Positions 12,180-24,758 of a stretch of 44,894 nucleotides of DNA are shown here, piece after piece. Every line of letters begins with the position of its first letter. Position 1 is the stretch's first letter. The notes under the pieces were generated by a model. That model made no database searches. It was not told the DNA's origin and saw only the letters and a program-made list of their open reading frames with translations. The position numbers and the translations under genes are program-made. This DNA is from Moniliella sp. 'wahieum' (taxonomy: Eukaryota), in contig RSEE01000157.1 of the NCBI GenBank assembly GCA_003971905.1, positions 62,001-106,894 of the forward strand, given 5' to 3'.

Positions 12180-12418
12180 GATGGTTCACCGCTCGGATGT
12201 CTACCACAACGTTCACCCGGATCCACACGCGCTTCCTCTCGGGTATAGGAATGGATGATGGGTGGCACCAGCCGAGGGTCCAGATCTCCTGACGATTCCC
12301 CTGGTTCCATAGGAGGGGTTGGCGCTACCTGGCAAGCAGCACATTACGCAAGATGAACGGGTCAGTTTAGGCGTAGCATTTCTTTGTCCCACAGCCTTAA
12401 GCTCTGTCAATGGTATGG
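12180..12418 (-). repeat. Dispersed ~230-bp element, copy 1
   Basis: Aligns by eye along its whole length with 20521-20749 (gatggttcaccgctcggatgt...atccacacgcgc...gattcccctggtt...caagatgaacgggtc...tttctttgtccc...agccttaagctctgtcaatg). Confidence 0.9.
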
Positions 12419-13738
12419 ATACACGTAGAGGAAGAAAATTCGGGTGGGGAAAACCTGAGGGTATGCAGCCACAACGAAAGGCCGACTGAGAGAGGAGAGA
12501 GGGAGGCGCTGCTGTTGCAGTGCGTGGTTTGCTTACACCAATAAGCGGCCCACAAGGCGGTTATGACAGTAACACCCTCTTTGGAGAGGGAGATGGTATG
12601 CTCTTGGCTTATTGAAGCAGAGAGTCCCCGCTGTGGATCCACCCGCACTGGCCTTCTTCGCCCTTCTCCGCACCTCGGTCCTCCGACGCCGCAGCTGTCA
12701 GCTGCGGCCGGCGCATCCGCAGCCCACGCCCATAGAGCCCCAGCAGTAGCAATAAGCGCCGCCCCAGCACACGCTCTGTTTTCCCACGCCCATCCCACCC
12801 ATTAGGGTTGAAAGTTGAAAGTTGAAGCTTGAAGGAATGGAGGCGACACGCCTCTGGCCACTGAACCTCAACAACGACGTCCAACAACCCGCACACCACA
12901 CGCCCACCTCCGAGAGGGCCATAGTCCACACCCTCACAGACTCCTATATTCAACACCATCCGCAGCATAGTCTTCCGAGCGCAACTTTTCTCTGGAACAA
13001 TATTGGCTTTGTTCTCATCTTCTGTCGCACCGCATAACCCAACACTTCATATAGCGCGACGGCATTCATCTTCTCGAGACGTCTCTCGGGGTCCCGTGGC
13101 TTATTAGCTCCGTGGTGCGAGGCGCGGCCACATGTCTTGGGTTCCCGCGTGTTGCTGCGGTTCCCATACGTAACCTTTGCCCTAGAGGAGATGCCCGTAT
13201 ACCTCGCGCCCAAAGCCGAGAATCATGTTGGTGGACAGCCGCAGCAGATTTTTGGGCGTCGGCGTCGCGGTCGTTTCTCTGTTGCTACTAAATGGTTCCA
13301 CACACTAGTATATACGACGGTGTGGGAGGCGACTGCTCGGCAGGCGACTGTGCGGGAGAGCGTGTCGTGCGACATCATGCATTGATGCCTCACAACTCAA
13401 ACTGTTCCTTGCATCTCTGCCCAAGCGGTCCTGTACTGGCCACGGTATGGGAAGGCCCGGTTCTATAGAAGGCTTCTACAGGGAGAGAAAAGAGAGCGAA
13501 GGTCAAGCTAGTATATTTGAAGCCACCGTATATATAGTCCAGAATCCTGGAAGGTCACCATCTTCTTTTTCCACCACACCGCTCCACATTCCTCCCGTCC
13601 TCTCTCCTCTATACGCAACCAACTCACACTCTCCCATTTCATTCCTACATCCCAGTGCGTCACATTCTTCCCTTTCTTCCTGACTACTCTGCTTTTTCTC
13701 GAAACTTATGAATCCTTACTTTCTCTGCACACAGCATT

Positions 13739-14067
13739 ATGCTCGCTCGTACTGGTTTGTTCGCTACTGCCCTTGCTCTTGCCTTCTCGGCATGGCTGCA
13801 GCCAGCGTGATCACGGTTACTACCGTTGGGGGTTCAGCGCCGCGCCAAGGTGCGTCGGTGCAGTGCAATGCCTGTGGAGGCGCCCCTGGAACCACCTCGC
13901 TTACCGTCGATGGTTCGGGCGGAACAAACTGCATGCTCGCCTACTACAGCGATGACGCTTGCCAGGACGACATTGGCGCCGTTCCGGGCCCTATCACCGT
14001 CACTGGCAACATCAACTCTTACATGGCCATTAGCACTGACCCGAACGACCCGTGCGACTGCTCTTAA
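13739..14067 (+). CDS. Small secreted cysteine-rich protein (~110 aa), candidate effector
   Basis: ATG at 13739 gives signal-peptide-like MLARTGLFATALALAF. One apparent single-base frameshift (~13786) joins it to GMAAASVITVTTVGG...DPNDPCDCS-stop, with 6 Cys in the mature part. CT-rich promoter and TATATA at ~13530; C-ending codon bias. Confidence 0.7.
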
Positions 14068-15818
14068 AGCATCATAGGAACCGCACACAAGCCCCCACGG
14101 TATCATTGCTCTCTGGGTTCTGTCGGGGGGGGGGGGGTTCTGAAGCAGGCAACTTGTTTCCCTCCCATGGACCATTTTTGATTTCATATACGTCCTTCGC
14201 CTGCGTGTCTCTTTTGCGTTATTTTACGCTCGACAAGAGTTTTTGTGTGGCTTAGCATTTGAGGCAGCTAGTACTCTGTGGCTGTTTCTCCCTTTTTTCG
14301 CTACAGATGATTCTTTCTACCATTGTCTGTCACATGATAGCGGTGTACTACATAGAATATGACATCGAATGTGGGCCTTTATCCTTTACCCATGTCATAG
14401 ATCGAGGTCTCGAGAGGTGCATCCTCTCTTGTCATTCTTAACAAAAACACACACAGTGTGGGTTGGTCATGTGCACTTTTTGCGCCGCGGTATTGCGACG
14501 CTCTGGATCGGATATGTTGATGGTTCAAGATATGTGCATCCGAACGGACTTTTTGAGCTGCATCTTTTCCCCGTGCCATCTCATATATAATGACCCTAAA
14601 GAGAGCTCTCACAAACACACGCTTTGGGGGGGAGTTCGTATTACGGTTGTGGAGTTTAAGGGTTGGAACAAGCCAAGGCTGCAACACATATGATCATTAT
14701 CCATGTGTCTTCGTGTACCTGCTGGGCATTGTGCGCTCAAGGTGATGGTTGCCTTAAGTCCCGATGAGACTTGATAGGTTTTGAGCGCTCGTGTTTTCAT
14801 ATTTGCCTCTCACCGTCTTCTTTGTTGGTTGTAGTTGCTATCGTGTTCCTTCTTCCGGTTTCCATTTGTTGTTCGGTCTTCTCCCCGTCTGATTTGGTGT
14901 CGTCCTGGGGGTGATGCGCTTTCCATCCTGGGTGATATCTCCCACTCCTTCCACGGTTGCTCTTTTTGTGGCTAATAACTAATGGCACACACTGCCGGAG
15001 GCAGATGGAAGACCTTGTGGCGCCGGTAGCCCAAGCCCGATTCGTTCCGCTGCATTCCTTCCAGCAGAGGTTATCGGGCCAGTTTCTTTTCGCCTGAGCA
15101 CCGGTTTATGAACACTCGTTCTCAAGGACCGCAGCTCGCATTAACACTTCAAGCGACTAACGTCGCATGCTCCAAAACAGCAGGAGGCCCAATGCCGGGG
15201 GCAACGCTGCTACTATATGAACATTGTCCTGGCAACCTCGCTGGCACCGCCCACTCCGGCGCCACTCCGCTTTTGCCGGGAACGAGCCGTGTCGCTGTGC
15301 ACCCCATTGGGATGCTGCGTATCACACAGCACGTCCGCTGCTGTTCCTACCCTCAGAGGGGAAACAAGCCCCCTCTGGCCTCGACGCAGAATCGGATGAA
15401 GCAGCCATAGTTATTGGCGGCGGTACCGCTACTGCTGCAGGACAGGACCGGGTACATCAAGCTCTCTCCTCACCAACTGTCTCCTCACTACCCGAATTGG
15501 GATCAACACGTTGAGGACTTGGCCCAGATTTTGTGCATTCTCGTCGAGATGGAATCAGATCTCAATTGTCCTTTTGCGCCAATTGATGTGCCCGACCCGC
15601 ATGCGTCATGGGTTTGTTGGTGGCGACTAGGAGAAAGCGGGGCATCTTTCGTGACATCGCACGGTTCTTGGCATCTGTCGCCCCCCAACATTCAAGGCAT
15701 GGATTGGCGTCCAGAGCTTTTACGAAAATCTAAGACTGTTTCCGTCCTGGATATAGGTCCAATCGCCCTTCTTATTTAGTTGCTATATATAGGAAAGCTG
15801 TAGACATATAATACGGTT

Positions 15819-15864
15819 TCGGGTAAACCAGTAAACGTCAATCGGGTAAACCGGTAAATGTCAA
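15819..15864. repeat. Tandem duplication, 2 x 23 bp
   Basis: tcgggtaaaccagtaaacgtcaa followed by tcgggtaaaccggtaaatgtcaa. Confidence 0.85.
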
Positions 15865-16589
15865 CTGACAGTCGCGGTTCAGGCTGTCGACACGGTGCTC
15901 GATTACTCTTCGTCCAGGCACATCCATAGCTCGTCTCCTCTGCAGAGGTATATTTTATCGCCCTTCAGGTGGCCAGAAGGGACGCTGCGAAACCAGCACT
16001 AATACGCTGGCTCACTAAGCTGTGGCATAGAGAGAGGCCGTATATCGATTCAACTTCAGATCCTTTACTGGCTGGACCTTGCCACACATATGAGAGAGGG
16101 TGGCAAATGAGTCTTACATACAAAGGACCCTCAGCCGTGCTTCACGCCGTCACGCGTCCCGAGAGAATTTCATGTTCGGCATATGGACACAGACTGCTGC
16201 GCGACCAGTTTGTCTAAGCCGCTAGTTCAAAAGACCTTCATCTCCGGCTAGGCATGAGTCGTCTATACGGAGCCTCAGCGCCTCTTCGGAAGATCGGAAG
16301 GCATCAGGCCTCAGGGCCTCAGGTTGCTCCTACAGCCTAATCAGAGGGACCAGCTTATTATAGACTTTCCCACCATGACACAGGGTTATTGCCTGTGCCC
16401 AATTGCCTCTCCTCTATAACCACACAGTTAGGCTCTTTCCTCTGTCGTCAACCTTATTCTCACCACATCCCCCCTTGTTAGGCCTCGCATTCAGGTGGCT
16501 GGAAGATGGAAAACTCAGGTTCTTGAACGTTGGGAGTTTTGTCATGTATAGTCAAAAGAGAGAAAGGAGAGACGCGATGAGCCCTATGC

Positions 16590-16708
16590 TACAACCATAT
16601 CATTGACAGAGCTTAAAAGGCTGGGACAAAGAAACGACGTGCCTAAACCGACCGGTTCATCCTGCGTGTGCTGCTTGTTAGCGCCACCCCGCTCAAGGAA
16701 CCAGGGGA
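16590..16708 (+). repeat. Dispersed element, copy 3 (partial, inverted relative to copies 1 and 2)
   Basis: caaccatatcattgacagagcttaaaaggctgggacaaagaaacg...cctaaaccgaccggttcatc...gctgcttg...aaggaaccagggga matches the reverse complement of the right half of copies 1 and 2. Confidence 0.85.
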
Positions 16709-17957
16709 TATAGCCATTTGACTGACTGCCCTACTCACTCGTTTCTCATTCATTCTATCAGGGAACTTGCAGCAAAGTGCTCCTTGATTCAGGAAGATCG
16801 CTGATCAGCTTGAAGTTTACGAGACGGTTGAGATCGATGGGTATACACGTTTTGAGTTGGGGAGATCTCTGTATACGCTCTCTGTGGCCTCTGTCTATAT
16901 TATGCCAAGAATTAAACGCGAAAGGTCCGATCAAAAAGAGCGTATGTGTGTGTGTGTTGGGCCGCGGGAAAAGAGGCTAATGCTTTTCGGTCTGCCGCCC
17001 CCTTGTGCGCTGTGCTGTTCTCGGTGCGTGTCGGGGGGCTGGGGAGATGCCGTTTGAATATACCCGCTTGAAGAGAGCTGATCAGACCGACCAACAGGCC
17101 AGAGGTAGGATCCCTTTGGCATGCCCCAACAGGCCTCCCTGCCTGGAGCGTCCCTGGCACGGATGGGACGGGGATGCACACAGGTGCTGTGTTGTTGGAC
17201 CAAGCGCACCAGTTCTGGAGACGATGGTGGGGCTGGGCACAAAAAAATGAGGTACGAGACGTATACGAGAACTGTGAGATAGGAAAGTGGATGAGCCGGT
17301 GCAATGGCGGAGCAGCTTCAGTACGCGACAGGGCTCCGCATGCAAGGAGAGCAAGGCACACCGCGGTGGCGGAGGGTTTGTGTGATAATACCGAAATGTC
17401 CGGAGCTGGTGTGTGCGGGTGTGCGTGTGGGGCGAGGCGCGGGGCGTGTGCGGGGTCGGGCGTGGTGGGGCACTCGAACGAGCGCGGCCTGTCCCCCCGA
17501 CACGGGCACTGTGTCGCAGCCGCCCAACGGCAGCGCAAGCATTGCGGGCTGCCGTCTTCCGATGCCGTGCGACGCCGCCTGGGCCAACGGATTTGCCGCG
17601 CAGACAGCCGCTGCGGTGCCTGCCCCCCCGGCCCCCGCACACCCGAGGCCGCCGCACTGGCGCCCTTGCTGCCTGCCGGGGTTAAGCACGGCTGGGGGCG
17701 CCGATCGATCGCTGCCAGCGCAACACTGCCCCCCGCTGCCGTCCCCCGCTTTGCCGGCGGGATTAACGAGTGCGTTTAGCGATTGCCTGCTATCTAAAAA
17801 CCGGTGCTGCCTTCCGCCTCGCCCCGTGCGACGCGTATGCAGGCACATATATACCAGTGGCGCATTGGTGCTCCTCGGTCGGGCCAGGTGAGTGCCTGGG
17901 TACTCGGTCCGCATCCTTCGCCCCCGCACCATCTCCACCTTCCCCGTCCCGCCCAGC

Positions 17958-19891
17958 ATGGGTTCCCCTCCCCTTGTCGTCTCGCGCCGGCCTGTGCCGG
18001 CCACTGCCTCCGCTCCCGAGGACGACCCGGCCAGCAAGAAGAGCGATGGCATCGTCTACGATAACATCTCTTCCTACGAGCCCTCGGTCGCCGATCCGCA
18101 CGCGAACGAAAAGCAGTTGGCCTCCCATCCTCCCCCCACCAGCGCCGAGTATCCGCCCATGACGCCGGAAGAGGAGCGCCGCTTGCTATGGAAGATCGAT
18201 CTGCGCATGCTTTCCTCTCGCTTCTCTATTTCTTCAGCTTCCTCGATCGGTACGTCATGGGCTCCCTTGTTCTCTCACTCTACCCCAGCCCGCCTCGCCT
18301 AGCCATCGCTAATCGCTAATTTTGATTTTGCCATTCCAGGGCCGTCATTGGCAACGCTTCCAACTACGGCATGGCCCGATACATTGGTGCCAACCCCTCG
18401 CAATTCTCTCTGGCCGTGTCCCTCTTTTACATCACGTATGGAGCTTGCGAGAGTGTAACCAACATTGGTGTCAAGATTTTTCGGCCGTCCCGGTGGCTTT
18501 CTTCCATAACAATTCTCGTTGGGTGTTGCATGCTTTCTCAAGGCACAGTAGTCAACCCGGGGGGCTTGCTGGCGGCACGGGTATGCCTCGGCATAGCAGA
18601 GTGTATGTTTGTACTGACAGCCTTTCTGTGTTTCGTCTCTTTTTCTTTGATGGGTTTTAACTTTCTCCCCTACCTCTTACTGTACAGCATCCCTGTTTCC
18701 TGGTGTAAATTACACACTTTCTGCATATTATAAGCGCAGCGAATTCGGAATCCGCTCGGCCATCTTTTTCGCTGCGGCCAGTATCGCCGGGGCCTTTGGG
18801 GCTGCCTCGCCGCTGCTTTGCACGACATCCGAGTCGGGTCGGGAAACTACAGCCAGGGATGGCGTTGGATCTTTATCGTCATTGGGATGGGTACTGCTGT
18901 GGTGGGCGCAATTGGATACTGGCTGGTGCCAGACTTTCCTCAAGAGTGTCGCTGGCTCTCGCCTCGCGAGTTGGCTGCGGTGGAGCGTCGTCTCTCGGAG
19001 GACCAAATCGAGGGTGGTAAGAGCGAAGGACTGACGAAGAAACGCCAAATTATCAAGGCTTTCCTGGATCCTAAGACCTATGTGGCGATTGGGATGTACT
19101 GTTGCATGAACCCCCCGCTGTACTCGTTTGCTACATTTGCCTCGTCGGTTATCAAGGCAGCCTTCCCGCACCGCGGGCCGACTGAGGCCAACTTATTATC
19201 CACCCCCATTTTCGCCTTTGCCTGTTTGATTGTGATTTTGACCGGCTTTTTCACTTCCAAGTACCAGCGCCGGGTGATGGTTCAGATCTTCTTCCTGTGT
19301 GTGGGCGTGGTCGGATACATTATTCTCATCTCGTCCGATCCCCGGTGGCACGCTACGTGTTTCTTTTGCCGCTGCACTGGGTTCGTTCCCGTTGGTCCCC
19401 AACACAATCACCCTCTGTTCCCAGATCCCCATTAGCCTTACGAGGGGGGTCACCATCGGCCTCTTCACGGCTTGCGGCAACATTCTCGGGGCTGGGGCGA
19501 CGGCGGCGTACAAGCTGCCAGGCAAGGACGGCATGTACCGTACCGGTCATGGGGCTTGCTTGGCGTTCTACCTGACGGGCATTCCAATGACTCTGCTCTA
19601 CTTCTACCTCTGCAAGAGGACCAACCGATTGCACCAGTCTGGCGCTGAGACCGAGACGATCTTGTCCGAGGTCGATTATCCTGACTACCAGGACAGGCTC
19701 CGTATTGCCGAGGAGGCCCACCAAAAGCGCATGGAGGATATTGCCTCGGACTCTTCTTTGAACCGAGTTACGCGTTTCTTCAAGCTAGCTCGGGCCAGGT
19801 GTCATTCGCTGCCGGGAGGCGTGTATGCCAGTGTGGAGCATCGCGCCTGCTCAAGGGCGCCGATTGGTCGGGACACATTTTCCAGACGTGA
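17958..19891 (+). CDS. MFS transporter, anion:cation symporter (Dal5/Tna1 allantoate/nicotinate permease) family, multi-exon
   Basis: EERRLLWKIDLRM, SLFYITYGACE, RPSRWL, GGLLAARVCLGIAE, GWRWIFIVIG, PDFPQECRWLSPRE, IIKAFLDPKTY, EANLLSTP. Introns near ~18250-18340 and ~18600-18685; several frameshifts. Confidence 0.88.
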
Positions 19892-20344
19892 AGAGCGTCA
19901 TGACGAGCCTGGAGTTTTTTCTTCTCGCCACTCTTCCATATCGTCTCTCCTTCCTATACGTTTTTGTACTTTCATGACCGCCTCCACCCATTCCCCATCT
20001 ACCCATGTGCATAAGTCTGTTACTGCCCACCCCCCCTCTCTTCCCCCAGGTGATCGCCCACGGCCATGCAACCAGTTTGCCCGGCCTTGAATAGTCCCGA
20101 TCGCTCACGAATGCCACGGATTGGTTGACCGGCTGGTTCGCGCATCTGCCACATATCTTATCTTACCAAACAAGTGCGAGTATACAGAAGAAGGCAACCT
20201 CTCGAAATGCTATAGATGAAAGAAGAGGTAGGCGGGGGAGGGGGGTTAGCATGGTACTTTGTATCGCACACGCCTGTAAGTATTAAGCAAAAGCAAGCAT
20301 GGGGCGGAGCAGACGCGAGATGAAAGGAGAGCCGGGAGAGGTTT

Positions 20345-20519
20345 GAAGCCTGCTTGGCCATCTCCGTATGACGTCCTCGATGGAGCCCACCATGTAGAAG
20401 AAACCCTCGGGGTTGTCGTCGAGGATCTGCTTGCAAGCCTTGATGGTGTCCTGCAGGGTTTACCCGAGCTCGGCAACGTTGCGCACCAGGACGCTGGTGG
20501 CGTCCAACTGGGCCAACGT
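20345..20519 (-). pseudogene. ATP2: Internally deleted 3' fragment of F1 ATP synthase beta subunit
   Basis: Reads TLAQLDATSVLVRNVAELG-stop-TLQDTIKACKQILDDNPEGFFYMVGSIEDVI, matching the conserved beta segments TFAHLDATTVLSRAIAELG and LKETIKGFQQIL...LPEQAFYMVGPIEEAV. Confidence 0.8.
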
Positions 20520-20520
20520 G

Positions 20521-20749
20521 GATGGTTCACCGCTCGGATGTTTGCCACGTTCATCCGTATCCACACGCGCCTCCTCAGGCATAGGAACGGATGGCGGGCA
20601 TCAGAGGGTGCTGAACTCCTGGTGATTCCCCTGGTTGCTTAAGCGGTGGGTTGGTGCTATCAAGCAGCGCATTACACAAGATGAACGGGTCGGTTTAGGC
20701 GCAGCGTTTCTTTGTCCCAGCCTTAAGCTCTGTCAATGATGTGGTTGCA
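20521..20749 (-). repeat. Dispersed ~230-bp element, copy 2
   Basis: Similar to 12180-12418 throughout; abuts the ATP2 fragment directly. Confidence 0.9.
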
Positions 20750-21019
20750 GAATAAAAGGTCTGGTAGCGCATAACGGCCGGCCCCAGGCAGGCGGGGTGC
20801 GGCCTGTAGGAGCTGTATTAGATCAGCAGCAAATACTGGCAGGTGTGCTCCTCTTGCAATTTCAAAAGCGCCCTGCATCCGCTCCGCTCCACAGCCCGCC
20901 GCCCGCCAAGGCCGGCGACGTCCACCACCCGTCTCTCGGCGCCTGCGTCGCTCGCATCCAGCGTCTCGCGCTTCCTGTGCCCAGCGTCCTGCGCGTCGTC
21001 CTGGATTCGAATCATTCGC

Positions 21020-22322
21020 ATGCCGCGCCCCGACTCCCACCCTGCCCGCCCGCCATGTGGCGGACGCAATCGGACCAGCGCCTTTGTCCAGCACCTCCAG
21101 CACGCCCGCCGCGGCTCGCCGTCGCCTACACCTGCGTCGCCACGCCCCACCTTGTACACACTCTACGCCCACACCCCACGCCAACAGGCCTTGCTTGCCC
21201 AGCGCGCCAAGGCCGACGCCCAATGGTCTGCCGAGGCCACGCGAGTGCGCGAAGCGATCATCTCCCTTACTGAACTGCTGATCGCCGTGCGGAGACCCTA
21301 CCTGGCCCCGCCGGCGCCAAGCTCTGCCCGCCGCCCGGTACCTACCACGGATGATGGCTTAGCAGATGCCCGTGCCCGCTGGGTGTGGCAGATCGCTTGT
21401 CTGACGCAGACCGCGACCAGGTCGATACGCATGTCCGTCTCACTATCAAAAAGACCATGGACCGCATCCAAGAGCTCGAGACGGCCGAACGCTTACGCCA
21501 GCGCTCCTGGATCTCCTCTGGCGATCATGGCTTGCTCTCCTTCTTTTCCAAGACCACCTCGTCGCAATCTTCCAGCAACTCGGGACCGTTCTCAGACGCC
21601 TATTCGCACCAACTCTCCGAACTCCGGTTTGCCATATGTGCTTCCCTCTCGGAAGCACTTGCTGCAACAGGAAACCGGCAGCGAAACTTGCAAGAACAGC
21701 GCCTTGTCACGCAACAGAAACGCTTGGCTCTCTCCAATGCGGCTGCTACCTCCTCCTCCCTATCTTCCCACACTACCTCTTCTACCGCCCCAGCTGCCCC
21801 CATTAAGGGTACGACCAGGACACTCAAAACCGCTGTTGCAACTTCTTCTCGTCCCCCCGACGAGGGGCAGGAAGAAGGGGATCTTCTGGTAGTGGCGCAC
21901 TGGCGGATACGGTGTCCTCGGAACAGGCATTGTTGTTTGACAGCGAGAATGCAGCGTTGCTCAATTCCCTTCAATCCGACTTGGCGGCCGTCGAGGCGCA
22001 GAGCAGAAGCTTCGCAGTATCTCGGAACTCCAAACCCAACTGATTCAACATCTGGGGCAACAGAACGAGATGACGAATATGCTCCTGGACGACTCCCAGG
22101 CCCATACGCTCGAGGTCACCAGGGGCAACACCCAGCTCTCGCAAGCGCAAAAGTCCAGTCGACAGGCAACCAAACTGCTCTGTGCATTCCTGATTGGATC
22201 AGGATGTTCGCTCCTCTTCCTGCATTGTGCGTACCCTTGCTTGCCCTACACCTACACCTACACCTGCGTCCAGTCCAGCTCGCTAACCCGGTTGTTTCTG
22301 CTTATCCCTAGGGGTGGGGTAG
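21020..22322 (+). CDS. UFE1: ER t-SNARE Ufe1 / syntaxin-18
   Basis: N-terminal RNRTSAFVQH, LLIAVRRPYL, LSDADRDQVD...IQELETAERLR; SNARE helix ISELQTQLIQHLGQQNEMTNMLLDDS...GNTQLSQA; C-terminal TM KLLCAFLIGSGCSLLFLH, then intron (GTGCGT...GCTAAC...TAG) to WVG-stop. Frameshifts present. Confidence 0.82.
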
Positions 22323-22520
22323 TTGAGAAAAGGGTGAGGTGGATAGCGCGAATGGCACCCACCGATGAGCTTACTTCTTATGGTTAGCATATGGGGTCGG
22401 TTGATGCATAGGTACGCAGTTGGTATTGCCAGTTGACGACGCAGGTGTGGGTATCTTAAGGGTGCAAACTGAGAGTAAGAGGCAGCTGCTCTTGCTTCCT
22501 ACCCAACGCCTACCGTATAC

Positions 22521-22592
22521 GCCTCTTTGGCTCAATGGTAAGGCGTCGCACTCGTAATGCGAAGATTAGTCGTTCGATTCGGCTAGGAGGCA
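22521..22592 (+). tRNA. tRNA-Thr (anticodon CGT), intronless
   Basis: Acceptor GCCTCTT/AGGAGGC, anticodon stem TCGCA/TGCGA with loop CT-CGT-AA, T arm AGTCG-TTCGATT-CGGCT. Confidence 0.96.
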
Positions 22593-22599
22593 TTTTTTT
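22593..22599 (+). terminator. RNA polymerase III terminator (T7 run)
   Basis: TTTTTTT immediately after the tRNA discriminator base. Confidence 0.85.
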
Positions 22600-24758
22600 C
22601 TTAGCTTTTTCTTTCAAATCGCAACATGAACACAGTAATAGACTCCTGAATGGATCATCGATCGATCATGTTGATCATGGCAGCTCGTGTTGCTGCGGTA
22701 GGCTGGTAAGCATAGTTCTTTGGGGTACACTGTCAAATATAAGGTGTCCAACCTGACTTCCCCGGACCCTTCCCACCATCCGCCATATCTTATCGTGTGG
22801 GGTGCCAAAAGCGCTGCGGCCGCCGGGCACTTGCACATCCTCGCATCTTCGTGAAAAAGACTGCTGAGTTGTAATGCGTCAGCACGTCAGCCTCAGTCAG
22901 GGGACGTGGCACGTGGAGACGCCTGAGCGCCTGAGCGCCTGAGCCTGAGAGCCGGAGGCCTGTATGAGCTCAGGTTGTGTTGCATGTTATGCATGTTATG
23001 CATGTTACGCGCGCGACGTAACCAGGCCAGAGCCGAAGAGGGACTCAGCAACACACTCAGTGCAATCGCGGCTCCGCGATTCAATATGAAGGTGGCGCTG
23101 AAGAGATGTGGCAGCCGGTGGGCGCCATATACACGCGTACCATGTAACCTGTAACATGTAACAAGCCTCCTTCGCGCGCGCGCGTCTCCTGAATCCGACT
23201 GATCCAGGCCTGACTAATTTAGTTGTCGGTATTTCAGTGCGTCAAGCCAAGGACTTCAAAGGACTAGTGAGCGCTGAGCCGCTGAGCCGCTAAGCCGCTG
23301 AGCGCCGTTAAGCTTTTAAGGCCGAAGGAGACCATTATGGTTCAACCGTTCAACGTGTTCAACGCGGGCCAACGGTTCAAAACAGTAGAGTCTGTCACGG
23401 GCGGCGGCGGACACGAGATGGTCCGACCCAAGCTAAGGCCCGCCTGCTCCGCACATGCCCAGTAGAGCGTGCTCCGCAGGCCAACCAAGTGTGATGATGG
23501 TTGGCTAAATTAAGTATCGTGGCCGAAGGGCCATGCTCAGCGCGACAACAGTCGCCTCCCGCCCAAGTCCACGTCGGCCGGCCTAAATAAGGCCACCGAG
23601 CTTCCAATGCCGTGGCGGCGTCTGCCGCCTCGTTCCCGTTTCCTTTTCCTTTCTCGGTCGCGCCTGCGGCGACCAACCCCGCTTTTGACATGTCTTCCTT
23701 TCTACACCCCCTCTTGTATCCGTTTCCCTTTTGATCCTGCCTGTACCCCTGGTTGATGGGGATCTTTTCCCACCTTCCATTCTCGTCATTCTCGTCCTTC
23801 TCGTCCTTTCTCGTCTCAACCCCTCGTCTACCCCTCCCGCCTATCCTGTCCGACTCCTGCCCGTTTCCAGCCAATTTATCCAGTACAGGCAGCTTCTCTT
23901 GTTAGCGTCCGACTTCTCCTCCGACCTCGTCCTCCAGCCCTTCGTCAGTCCAATCGCGCGAGCCCTCCTCTGGTCGCGGCGATTCCCAGTCTCTGTTGAG
24001 GCAGTGTTTGTCCGCCTCTGCCTCCTCCCGTCCCTAAGTCCCGGAGGCTTCAGACACGTTACTACGGCCCAAGCCGGTGCAGACGCAGCCTTGCCACACG
24101 TGCAGCCGCCCCACCAAAGGCCTCTCCTCGTCCCTAGCTCCGCTCGGACGCACCAACCAGCCTAAGCCCGAAACTACCGTGAGTCGACCTACCGTCGCCT
24201 AAGGGATTGTACCCCAAAACCCCCAGGGCGGGCCCCCTGGCGGCGCCCGCCCGTGACAGAGTCCTTCGATCATAATGATCGTCTGAGTGGGCAATCGGCA
24301 ATCCTGGACTCTCCCGCGGCAAGCTTCAAGCTTCAAGTCCAGAAGCAAGCAGGTCCAGACCGAAGGCAGTAGGCCCTGCCAGACCCTGCCAGCCCCGGCC
24401 AGCTGACCACAACCTCGGCTCCTTATTATTGGACCGGCGCTGTGACCGGGACCCCACGTGCTGTATCCAGGGCCTGTTTGACGAACTCATCAACGCCAAC
24501 CATCTCAAAACGTCAATGTCAACGTGTCAACGTTAAACGAGACTGTTCTGTCAATGTCACACACACACCATTTATGTCAACGTCTCTCCTCAGAAGGGCC
24601 TCAGGCTGAGGCCTCAACGCGCCTCAACCGGACCCAACTGCAGTCATATCCTTTGTTTTCTTTTCAAGCTTCAAGCTCCAAGGACGAACTTCGCCCTTCA
24701 TGATGATCATGAGTGTTGGGGTCAACTGCGGAGCTTGAACTTCAAAAGGCGCTCAAAC

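Noticed and set aside
14400..16560. Short ORFs (e.g. 15414-15779) as genes or transposon relics
   Set aside because: No transposase, reverse transcriptase or other motif that I can recognise; cannot be supported without a search.
17055..17110. ATACCCGCTTGAA...CTGATCAG resembling part of a TPP riboswitch upstream of the MFS gene
   Set aside because: Lacks the upstream CUGAGA and the downstream UAAU...GCG elements, and I cannot build the stems.
16912..17900. Multiple overlapping 190-245 aa ORFs on both strands
   Set aside because: GC-rich stop-poor sequence upstream of the MFS gene, with Arg/Pro/Ala-rich translations and no recognisable motif.
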